NCBI GenBank assembly: GCA_028023455.1
Contig: JAQFVV010000005.1
Location: 13,826,001-13,890,000 of the forward strand
Reading direction: 5' to 3'
DNA length: 64,000 nucleotides
From: Epiperipatus broadwayi
Taxonomy: Eukaryota; Animalia; Onychophora
In this document: piece by piece, positions 28,052 through 38,160 of the stretch
Layout of the letters: each line of letters starts with the position of its first letter
Numbering within the stretch: the stretch's first letter is position 1
Translations under genes and position numbers: made by a program
The notes under the pieces: model-generated
What the model was told of the DNA's origin: nothing
What the model saw: the letters and a program-made list of their open reading frames with translations, nothing else
Database searches by the model: none

Positions 28052-28467
28052 ACTTTGGATTTGAGAGCCCTGCACGTAGATCTTAGAATCTAATGCAACC
28101 CTCAACAGCCACTTTTTATCACTACTTAACTACAAAACTGAGTCTTAAATTGACAACACCTTAATATTTTCAATCCAAGCATCAGCTTATATAGTCATAT
28201 ATGCCTGAACTCAGTTCAGTACCCATACATTTCGGTGCTAATTTTGCCTAATAGTATATTGGTGGCTATGGTTATTAACCAAAAATGTATGGGTACTGAA
28301 CTGAGTTCAGGCCTATATGACAATATAAGCTGATAGGTTTGGATTGATAATATTAAGGTGTTTTCAATTTAAGACTCTGAGTTTTATAGTTAAGTAGAGA
28401 TAAAAGGTGGCTGCTGGAGGGTTGCATTAGATCCTAAGATCTAGGTGCAGTGCTCTCAATCAGAGGC

Positions 28468-28509
28468 TTCTCACTGACAAAGGCTACAAGCAAGAAACTA
28501 GTCTGGGGA
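28468..28509 (+). ncRNA. degenerate type I hammerhead motif (A2)
   Basis: TTCTCA-CTGACAA-AGGCTACAAGCAA-GAAAC-TA-GTC^TGGGGA. The core G8 position is A and helix II is weakened. Confidence 0.6.
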
Positions 28510-28911
28510 TATTGGATGAGTAGGCACTAGATAAGGATTTATGCACAGGTCTTCTGGCATCCATTGATTATTCTAGCTGGCAGTGTGGCATTATGTATAG
28601 TGAGTTTTTGCCTGTTTTAATAAGTTATAAGCAAGCATAAGAAATGGTGATCATGCGATGTTTATTGACTTAAAACCAATCCTGCCTAATAGCATGTTGG
28701 TGGCTATGGTTATTAAAAAACCAAAGACACCAAAATGTAAGAGTACTAAACTGAGTTTAGGCCTATATGACTATATAAGCTGATAGGCTTGGATTAAAAA
28801 TATTAAAGTGTTTTCAAGATTCAGTATTTTAGTTAATTGGAAATAAAAGGTGGCTGCTGGAGGGTTGTATTAGATCCTAAGATCTAGGTGCAGTGCTCTC
28901 AGATCCAAGAC

Positions 28912-28953
28912 TCCTCACTGACGAAGACCACAAGCCAGAAACTAGTCTGGGGA
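28912..28953 (+). ncRNA. type I hammerhead ribozyme motif (A3)
   Basis: TCCTCA-CTGACGA-AGACCACAAGCCA-GAAAC-TA-GTC^TGGGGA. Core intact, 6-bp helix I, one helix II mismatch; predicted cleavage after 28947. Confidence 0.8.
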
Positions 28954-31900
28954 TATTGGATGACTAGGCCTTAGATGGGGATTTTATGCACTTGCCTTCT
29001 AGGATCCATTGATTACTCTAGCTTGCAGTGTGGCAATACATATAGTGAGTTTTTCCGATTTAATAAGTTATTATATGATGGTTAAATTTATACTATTTAA
29101 ATTTCATGCTTTACGGAATTGTAAAAGACAGCATTATATTGCTTTGACTGCATAACTATTATTAATTTTCATTCTTATTTGATATTCAATTTTACTTTAA
29201 CATATTTTAAATTTCTCTGCAGTATTAATGACTTTAAAATTATTTAATTGCTTCACAATACTTGTCTTAAAGATACTCATCTTTCTAAAACAATGTTATT
29301 TGGGATTAATTCATTTTGAATGAAGAACTTTAAATTCCTAATAACTTGCTTATCATGACAAGGATATTGTTTAAATATCTCCTATAAAAATATGCATATT
29401 TTAACAAAAAAATCTTTGACTTAGTTAAATTATATTATGTGGATATAAATTTATTTATGCTATTATTATAAGAAAACATGTATTATCATTCAATAGCAGC
29501 ATAAAAAAAGAATTTTAATTTATTATGTCTGCTTCATATCTTAGAGGGAAATATATTTTCTTGGCTCTGTGGAAAGAAAACAATTATCTTATATTATTCC
29601 AGAAATTTTATATTAAATACTTCATTATAGTATTTATGAATTATAAATGGAAATATCAATATTCTTAATATTACTTTCAATGAAATTTTATATAAAAAAT
29701 TTTGTGTTAATAATGGATGTCTGCTCTCTCTCTCATCATTGGTCTGAAAACTGCTCTAAGAATATTTTAAGAATTGTTTCTTCTGCTTATTATTATTGAA
29801 TAAAATGCTTTCAATGCTAAATGGCTATTTTATTATGTCAAATAGTTATTGCTTATTACATGAAAAATTTATTAAAATGGTCATATCTACCCATTTCTGC
29901 TAGCATTATTTTAAATATTTTCTAATTAAATATAATTGTGAATTACTATTTATATTACTTGATGATGTCAGATTGTGTGCAGGATATCTTCATGGTCTAC
30001 AGAAATTTTATTTGCTTTATTAACAGTATCCTGTTTCACAGTTGAAAACAAAAGAAGTTTTAATGGTAAAAGGGTTTAAGTTTTAATATTTATGATTTTT
30101 GCTTATGTCATTTTTATATCATATCAGTTGGGTATAATTTTATATTCTAAGACAAAATTCTCAGAATATTATCAGTTGATAGTATATTTTGAAAATGTTA
30201 TTTGTGCCCTTATGAATTATTTATTTATTGAAGGTATATAATTATGCTAAATAAAGTATAATTGGATGTATATTTTTATTGCTTATTTTATTACATAAAT
30301 TTACTAAGCTAGATTTAGCATTAATTATTTATCATTTGTATACATCTGTTAGTGATTATATTTGTTTAAGAGATAGATGGTCGCTTAATCTCGTTTTCTA
30401 TGAATATTTATCTTGCCAGTATAGTTTTGAAGATTGTAGATTAGGCTTTATCTGTTATTATATTTTCAAATATATTTCATAGTCCTTTGTTCTATTAAAC
30501 CATAGAGCTTTGTTTAAGGCAAATTCAGTTATTATTCTCTGATGTTCATCCTCATGGCTTCATGACTAGAGATTAAGTCCTAGTTCATTTATTCACTGCT
30601 TTCAAAAATAGGTGCATTTATTTGTAAGTTTATGCCATCAAACTTTTACTTTACCTTTATTGTGCCATAAACAAATGTGGATTTATTTTGTTGATAGTAG
30701 AGGTTGTATAAAGTCATGGTTATGTTACCATGACTTTATCCTGGCAATTGATGTTTTTCGCCAGGTATTAAGGAATGACACTCTTATCTTTTGTTACACA
30801 ATTATTTTATCTGAGTGTAAGTTATATTGTGTAGGTCCTGTAATTATGCTTTGTTCATACTTACTCAAAATTTTGAGTTATGTTTTTCAGAAAGTAATGT
30901 ATATCTTCCATAATATCCATCTTTCATTGGATTAGTAAGCTTATAATTTTAAATTGTATTAAATATTCATAAGGAATATTTTAATAGTATGAATGTTATG
31001 TAAGTGTGAGAAAGTCATATTCAAATTTGTAGAAAGTTTTATGGACAAGCTATAATAATATTTCTTTATTTATTTTTTATTTTTGCATAATAAACTTGTA
31101 AGCTATAAATTTTCTCATATTAAAAATAAAACTTGTCTGTATAAGTTTTTGCTTAATGGGACTAGAGATATATCAGATTTGTTCTTTCTTTAATGTGAAA
31201 ATATTGTTGTTTTATTGTTAAATTTGTCTTAGTCATTTTACCACCTCATCCATTCATTATTTAGAAATCTAATAAAAACCATGAGCAGTATAAATTACTT
31301 TAAATCTTTATGCATTAAGAGTACATGGGTATTAAAGTTTTGACATGAGTCACTTTAATGAAATTGCATCTAAGATATTAGAAATACCTCTAAGAAAGAG
31401 ATGGTTTTGTTGAATAAAAAATCATAATTGCAAATTTGTCATTCAAGATCACTTTAGTCAGTTTTATTTCTTAAAGATCACTATGCTGATTTTAAATTAT
31501 CTTTTATATTTATAAGATTATGCTATTATTCCATAAATTAAGATCATGAAACTATTTAAGCTCAGAAATATTTAAAGTAGGATAATTAATATGATATTTA
31601 GAATGGTCATAAAATCCCTCATCCACTCTCAATATCCGAATGTTATCCTAGTAGATTATTTTTCTTTAATTCTAAATTAAGAGTTTGTCATGTTTATTTT
31701 CAAATATTAATGTTATTATCACCATAATTGTGGGAGTCATTATCTTAGGGTTAAGAATGTCTCACTATTCTTGTCACTACAATTTCATTCTTTGCTAAAT
31801 AATCCACAAGAGTTAAAAGCGAATTTATTTTATCATAATCAAATTTAATCATATTCACCCCGAGACATCCAATTTATTTATAACCCATTTTAGTAAAGAA

Positions 31901-32705
31901 ATTCTTATTGCTAAAGAAGAAATTGTTTCAAATAAGATATCATTGTGGCTAATATTTAAGAAAACATGGTATATTTTATAAATGAAATGTTTCCTCTGAT
32001 CATTGCAATAAAATGCTTAAAAGATTGATAAGAAATGTGGCAGTGGTAGATGTTGTAAAGAATTTTAGTGTAATCTTTAATGACTTTTGTAAGAGTATGA
32101 GAATTCTCATCTGAAGTCATTGATGTTGTCTTTTTATCTTAATGATAATTATTTCAATTATTTATCCTTTTTCTCTTATTATTGTGGCATATGATATATT
32201 TGAAACTCACTGAGATTAGCTTGTACAATAATGTTTTGTTTTTAGCCCTTTTATTGGTTATAATTAGACATTTATTTTTCCATTAGCTGCTTTTAATTGG
32301 ATTATAATTTGGCATGCCTGATGTATTGACTTTCACATGTGCCAACCATTTACAATGTAATATTTCTGCTAAGAGAGAATATATTTGATGCACATGAATG
32401 CCACTTTAATAATTACTATTTGACATACACATGCACAAAAACTAAATAAATAATACAAGAATGAAGATTTACTACAAATATTTTATAAATTTTATTTCAT
32501 ATGTATATTTTTTAAAAAGGTAATGAAAGAATATGAAAATTATGTTATACATTAAATTGAAAAGTTATGTTCCTGTAATTGTTGACCTAAAAAAACTCTT
32601 AAGATGTAATTGTACGGAGTACTAAAATTATTTTGCTATGCAAATGATTTAGACTTCTGGCCTCACAAAAAATTACCAATCCAGGATGGAATAAGGGAGT
32701 TTGTC

Positions 32706-33090
32706 ATTAATTGAAAGAAGATTCTTTGATTCCTTTTTGAAGTCTAAAGAAATCAAGCAGGGTAAATTCTTAACATCCATGCTATACATTCATATCATTA
32801 CAGTTCTTACTATATGTTAAACAGATATGAATGAGCTGCTCAACAATATACATTATTTAGCATAAAGAATTCACTAGCCTTTTATCTCTCCAAAACATCA
32901 TGGTCTTTTAAGTTGCAAATTTGTTTTTGTCTAAAACATCTTTTTTTTTAAAGGTAGAATGACTGCTGTGTGAATGATCTTCTTCACAAATAATTACAAT
33001 TATGTCAAAACTATTTAGTCATTCCCAGGAGGCTATAAAGTTGTTAGTCAAGGCAGTAATTGATAGCATAAAGCAAAAGGGCTAAGAATT
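32706..33090 (+). mobile_element. orphan copy of the RTE 5' region
   Basis: Colinear with 17905-18245, e.g. ATTAATTGAAAGAAGATTCTTTGATTCC..AAAGAAATCAAGCAGGGTAAATTC and ATTCCCAGGAGGCTATAAAG. Confidence 0.75.
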
Positions 33091-33132
33091 AAATTGTCTG
33101 CCGAGATTGCCCAAAGTTTCTACAACTATCAA

Positions 33133-33195
33133 GTGATGGTGGCCAAGTGGTGAGCATAGCTAGCTTTCAAGCAACTGGCCCGGGTTCGCTTCGTG
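33133..33195 (+). pseudogene. 3'-truncated tRNA-Gly(TCC)-derived retropseudogene
   Basis: GTGATGGTGGCCAAGTGGTGAGCATAGCTAGCTTTCAAGCAACTGGCCCGGGTTCGCTTC closely resembles metazoan tRNA-Gly(TCC) with A and B boxes. The 3' acceptor strand is missing. AAAGTTTCTACAACT flanks it at 33113-33127 and 33199-33213. Confidence 0.8.
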
Positions 33196-34387
33196 AAAAA
33201 AGTTTCTACAACTGGAGATCATTTTCAAAGTTGTGACGCTTTTTTCATTTGTAAAAATAACATTTTTGACTAAGTCTAATGACATTTTTTTGGTTTCTAA
33301 AAAAATTTAAAATTTAGAAGGCTTTTTTTTTTTTGACTTGTGCAGATTTCTTTAAACACTAACATCGACAAAAATAAAAGTTTTTACGAATTTTTTTTTT
33401 TTTTTTTGCTATAAAGATAAACAAGTTTAGAAAGGTTTAAAAATAACATTATTTTCTCATGAAGATTCTCAAGTAAACACTACTTGATGGGTTAACTAAT
33501 TACGACTACGTTTAAACATACCCTTGGACAATGTTTTGTACATTAAAATTTCAATACAGAAGTGTCTAAACAGTCCGTTAATTATCAAATATTTCAATCA
33601 TGTGATTTCAATAAATATAAAATAAAAATTAAATTAAAAATAAGAACATTTCATTACTTGAATTAAACACACCCTCACACTACACCCTAAAAAAGTGTGA
33701 AATGTGCGATTTGGAATAAATAATTTACTGCGATGCGATAAAGCGGTCTTTAATGTGTAGTACAGCAGAATTGTTAAAGGACACGTGAACACGGCTGCGA
33801 AATGTCGGCCACGTAAATGGCATTTTTATGTGTTTTAGCACATAAATCGTGACATCCTGCGGCGTGGACGTCCACAAAACAAATACCATTTTACATTTTT
33901 ACATTATGTTTAAAATTGCATGTAAATATATAAAATGTTATAAAAAAATTTCTTCTACATAAAAGTGAAACTAGGACTTAGTAGAAGAAAAATGACATTT
34001 GTATAAATATATTTTCATCTATGTTAAATGAATGAATGTAATGATGTATTTATTTTAATAAACAGTATTATTTATTTTTAAAACAAAATGAAAAGTACAT
34101 AATTTTTTATACATAGTAATTGTAATTTTGTTGCTATTTATTATCTTCAGAATCATGATTAATGGATGCTTAACTTATCAGTTTCATTTAATTCTGTTTA
34201 AAATTATTTTCTGGGGTTTCAAATAAATTTTCATTGCCTTATACATTTCTCTTTTTTGTCTAACGAATGCTAAGCAATGCTTGAGTGATTTATAGTTTTG
34301 ATATTCAAGTTGTTTTTAAGACCACATTCGGAATGCATTTAAATTAAAATCTAACTTTTATTAACTAGATTTTGAATATTTTAAAAA

Positions 34388-35773
34388 TTAACAGAACTGT
34401 ATAAGAATCTCAATGGTATCTTGGTCAGTAAAATGACTTGCTTCATGATAGTTCAAAACACTTCTCTCGGAAACTTTATAATCACATAAACAACATTTAA
34501 GCATTTCAGTATTCTTTTGATAAACTTTGGTGGATTTTTTTACTTTATTAAAATATGATTGCAATAAATGAATCATATGGATATTATTTATATGTTCTGT
34601 CAGATTATCTTTTAATATAGTTTTGAAATCACATAAATTGCAATGGATTATATTTTTCCTCATATGATTTTTTTCATGTCTTTGAAAAAGATACTGTGAA
34701 GCAGTGCTATAATTGCAGAAGCTGCATAAAAAAGTGTTTGTGCTAGTATGACCTACTTCATGAATTTTTAAAAGTCTTTTTATAGTAGTGTTGTAATTAC
34801 AGAGTTTGCAATGAAAATATGTTTTTTTACTATGAATTCTTTTATGAAATGTTAAATATTTTTGTGTAGGTGCACTATAATCACAGAAGTTGCAGATGAA
34901 AACTTTTTCACCAGTATGAAGCCTTTCATGTGCTTTTAAACGGCTTTCATCATAATTCTTATAATTGCACAAACTACATCGGTAATATTTTCTTAAAATA
35001 TGATTCCTTTCATGACTTCTTATATAGTATTTATTAGCAGTCATATAATCACACGTACGACATTTGAAAGGTTTTGCTCCAGTATGATGACTTTCATGTA
35101 TTTTCAAATAACCTTTTGTAGCTGTGTTATAACTGCAAAATGTGCACTGATAAGTTTTTTTCTCAGTGTGATTTCTTTCATGTCTTATTAATGTTTCTTT
35201 TATTGGTGTCTTATAGGCGCACCAGGAACACTGATACGGTTTTTCTCCTATATGAGTTCTTTTGTGTCTTCTTAATGTGCCTTCTGAAGATGTTCTGTAA
35301 CTGCACCGGCTGCAATGGAAAGGCTTTTCTCCAGGATGAACTCCTTTATGAACTTTTAGTTGACTTTTCCATCCAGTTTTATAATTGCATAAATTACACT
35401 GAAAGGGCTTATCTCCTGTATGTACTACTTCATGATCTTTTAACTTAATTTTTCTGTCAGTTTTATAATTACACAAATGGCATTTGAAATGTTTTTCTCT
35501 TGTATGTATTACTTCATGTCTTTTAAATCTACTTTTTATGTTAGTTTTATAATTACACAAACTGCATTTGAAAGGTTTTTCTTCTGTATGCTTCATTTCA
35601 TGTACTTTGAATAAATTTTTTGCAGAGGTCTTAAAATAACATAAATTACACTGGAAAGGTTTTTCATCTGAATGATTTATTTCATGTATTTTTGGATAAT
35701 ATTTATAAATTGTCTTGAAATCACTAAAGATGCATTGAAAAGATTTTTCTCCAATATGATTTACGTCATGCAT
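34388..35773 (-). CDS. tandem C2H2 zinc-finger protein, 461 aa (14 canonical fingers + 1 degenerate)
   Basis: Uninterrupted ORF of CxxC(D/N/S/A)Y fingers with GEKP-type linkers; ends HFTDQDTIEILIQFC. The true start is uncertain because the listed Met is an internal finger residue. Confidence 0.85.
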   Translation of the reverse strand: MHDVNHIGEKSFQCIFSDFKTIYKYYPKIHEINHSDEKPFQCNLCYFKTSAKNLFKVHEMKHTEEKPFKCSLCNYKTNIKSRFKRHEVIHTREKHFKCHLCNYKTDRKIKLKDHEVVHTGDKPFQCNLCNYKTGWKSQLKVHKGVHPGEKPFHCSRCSYRTSSEGTLRRHKRTHIGEKPYQCSWCAYKTPIKETLIRHERNHTEKKTYQCTFCSYNTATKGYLKIHESHHTGAKPFKCRTCDYMTANKYYIRSHERNHILRKYYRCSLCNYKNYDESRLKAHERLHTGEKVFICNFCDYSAPTQKYLTFHKRIHSKKTYFHCKLCNYNTTIKRLLKIHEVGHTSTNTFLCSFCNYSTASQYLFQRHEKNHMRKNIIHCNLCDFKTILKDNLTEHINNIHMIHLLQSYFNKVKKSTKVYQKNTEMLKCCLCDYKVSERSVLNYHEASHFTDQDTIEILIQFC

Positions 35774-36760
35774 TTTTAAATAACATTTATTAATAGTTTC
35801 AAAATCACACTGTGTAAAAAATTTTCTCTTCTATGAATTTTTTCATGCATTTGTAAATTAGTTTACATAATGGTCTTGAAATCACACAAATATATGTACA
35901 AAGTTTTTGTTTACTATGAATTCTCCCATGTTTCAATTACTTTTTGAACAGTCTTGTAGTCAACAAGAACAATTGGAAGGTTTTTGTCCAGCACGATTCG
36001 TTTCAGACTTTTTTTAAAATAACATTGTTTACAAGTACTGAAATCATTTACAGTATTCTTGGTTTACTTTTCTCCACTAAATTCCTTCATATATTTTTAA
36101 ATTATTTTTTAGCAGTGTTGTATCTAGTAAGAATTATATTCTTCATGTACTTTAAATTACTTTTCATAAAAACTATGTATACCTGTAAGTTATAGTGAAA
36201 AGGTAGACTTTCTAATAAAATGCCCTTTATTCATTCTAAAAACTCGGGAATAAAAAAATAAATCATTTTTTATGAATTTATTTCCACGAAAGTTATCCAA
36301 AGGCTTTCCCATTTTACAAATGCATTAGGAATAATCAAAAAATATTAAGTCCTACTCCATACAAAAAATTATCATAATGAATGATAGATTTTAAAGTACA
36401 TTTTGGGTAGCTTTTTACACACAATTCAATTAAAGTTTTCCATCTACATGAATAATTTTGTCTTCCGAGTTAACATTTTAGGCAATCTTACAATTGCCCT
36501 TTAAAATTTTTTCTCAACAATAATACATTTTATGTATTTTTAAAATTCATTTTTAAAAAATGAGCTTTGTCATCAATCAAGTGAAGATTTTCCCTCTGTA
36601 AGAATCTTTTAATATATTTTAAAATCCTTTTTCTAGACAGTTTTGTAACTGCACTGTAAAGGCTTTTTAGCAGTATTTCTTTGAATTGTTTCAAACAATC
36701 TTTTACATTGGGTATATAATTGAACAACCTGCATTAAAATTATTTTTCTGAAAACTATTT
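35774..36760 (-). pseudogene. decayed zinc-finger repeats upstream of the intact ORF
   Basis: Reverse strand gives frameshifted finger remnants (..CDFETINKCYLK; NYIPNVKDCLKQ; TAKKPLQCSYKT). Confidence 0.7.
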
Positions 36761-36917
36761 ATTTTGAAAACACTGAAATAAGTAGACAAATCAATCATTC
36801 ATTATAAATTTGTTTTCGCATTACTAAAGAAATTTCTTCAACAGTTTTCAATCCTAAAAGTACATTAGAAATAGTCAATAAGCAGCGAAACCTACTCTGT
36901 ACAAAAGATTCACTTAC

Positions 36918-36994
36918 AATAATTGATGTAGCCAAAATTTTTGCTCAATAATCATGGTCTTGAAATTAATTTTCCAGAACTAATTCTCTGTAAC
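36918..36994 (-). other. candidate 77-nt non-coding (5' UTR) exon of the ZF gene
   Basis: Minus-strand polypyrimidine acceptor TTTTTTTTAG|G and donor ATT|GTAAGT; stops in all three frames. Both sites are kept in the duplicate (59287-59363, +). Confidence 0.35.
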
Positions 36995-38138
36995 CTAAAA
37001 AAAAATAAAAAATAAAATGAACCATTGTAACATCATCATCAGTTTGAGTAGACAAAATATATTATATATTATGTTTACCTAATTGAAAATAAATTTCCCA
37101 TAAAAATTAAAAAAAATACAATGGGTCTGCTACAATGAATTAATTGGTTCCATAAAGTATTTAGGGATAATTGTTCTAGATACATCATCTATCCAAAGTA
37201 ACTATTAAAACAGGTAAAAATGTAATGCAACCATATAAATATACATGTAAAATTAATTGTTGTTCATTTTAATTTTAATGAAAACTAAAACTGTTAAAGG
37301 CATAAGTTAAAAATGTAAACAATCTTAGTTGAATAAAAATTCACAAAACATAGGTTTAACCATATTATTTGAAGATTTTTTTTTTTCTGCTTGTTACTTT
37401 TGTCTTGATACTAAAAGCAAAAGGAATTTACACTTTCTTCCTGTGATTTTTTTTGATTGCATCATTAAGATTTTAAAAAAGGCTATAAAATATTTTGTGA
37501 TATGTATAATCATCCTATAACAATAAATGTTCAATACAATATTTTTGTTAATTGACAGTTGTATTTAGAGCTTGTTCTTATGATTTTTTTTATTAGAAGC
37601 TATAGTCTAATTGTGCTTACTGCCATATAGTGAAAATTAAAATGAACTGCATTAAAAACAACCATAAGCTAATAGAATATTTTATTTTCATTTTCTCTCT
37701 TAGAAAATGTTTCATAGTGATAATCAGGTTTTGGATAGATTCTGAAATATCTTGCTCATGAAAGCATTATATCAGCAAATGGCATTTATCTTCATATTTT
37801 TGTTTGTTGACAGTTTTACAACTTTTTTGTTTTGAAAAATAAAATTTTTTACAACATTAATTAATTTTTCTATGTGACAAAGATCTCTATCATTCTAGTG
37901 ATTATTTTACAGATTTATTACATAAATTTAATCTAGTGAGAAAAAGTGTTTAGTTCTAGAAGCCTTTGCTATAATAGACTTTACTGTCTGCTCTTAACAT
38001 AGTTTAAATAAATTAACATTACTCTCAAGATAAACATCAAACTCTTCAGCCATATAATAAAATAACAAAACCATCTATCATAAAAAACACTATATTTGTG
38101 ATATCACATAAAGCAAACAAAAATACAAATCAATATAA

Positions 38139-38160
38139 TATATATATATATATATATATA
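38139..38160. repeat. (TA)n microsatellite
   Basis: About 11 TA units; shorter in the inverted duplicate near 58150. Confidence 0.9.

Larger units (their letters stand above)
27896..29071. mobile_element. family A hammerhead-bearing repeat cluster (retrozyme-like / Penelope pseudo-LTR-like): inverted copy 27896-28237 (-), tandem copies 28245-28682 and 28683-29071 (+)
   Basis: Three highly similar non-coding copies plus a fourth at 52255-52593. Each has a hammerhead core at the same position; unit ~440 nt. Confidence 0.85.

Noticed and set aside
27896-29071. CRISPR-like or simple satellite interpretation of the repeats
   Set aside because: Eukaryotic context, no repeat-spacer periodicity, and units are 380-440 nt with dispersed and inverted copies.
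30708-30739. 13-bp perfect hairpin ATAAAGTCATGGT/ACCATGACTTTAT
   Set aside because: Isolated and single-copy with no supporting context; a similar AT-rich palindrome near 26993-27016 was also set aside.
36966-36994. YRELVLEN peptide resembling the KRAB-A motif YRDVMLEN upstream of a ZF gene
   Set aside because: Followed at once by TAA in both copies, sits at the start rather than the end of the candidate exon, and lacks the rest of the KRAB box. Treated as chance.
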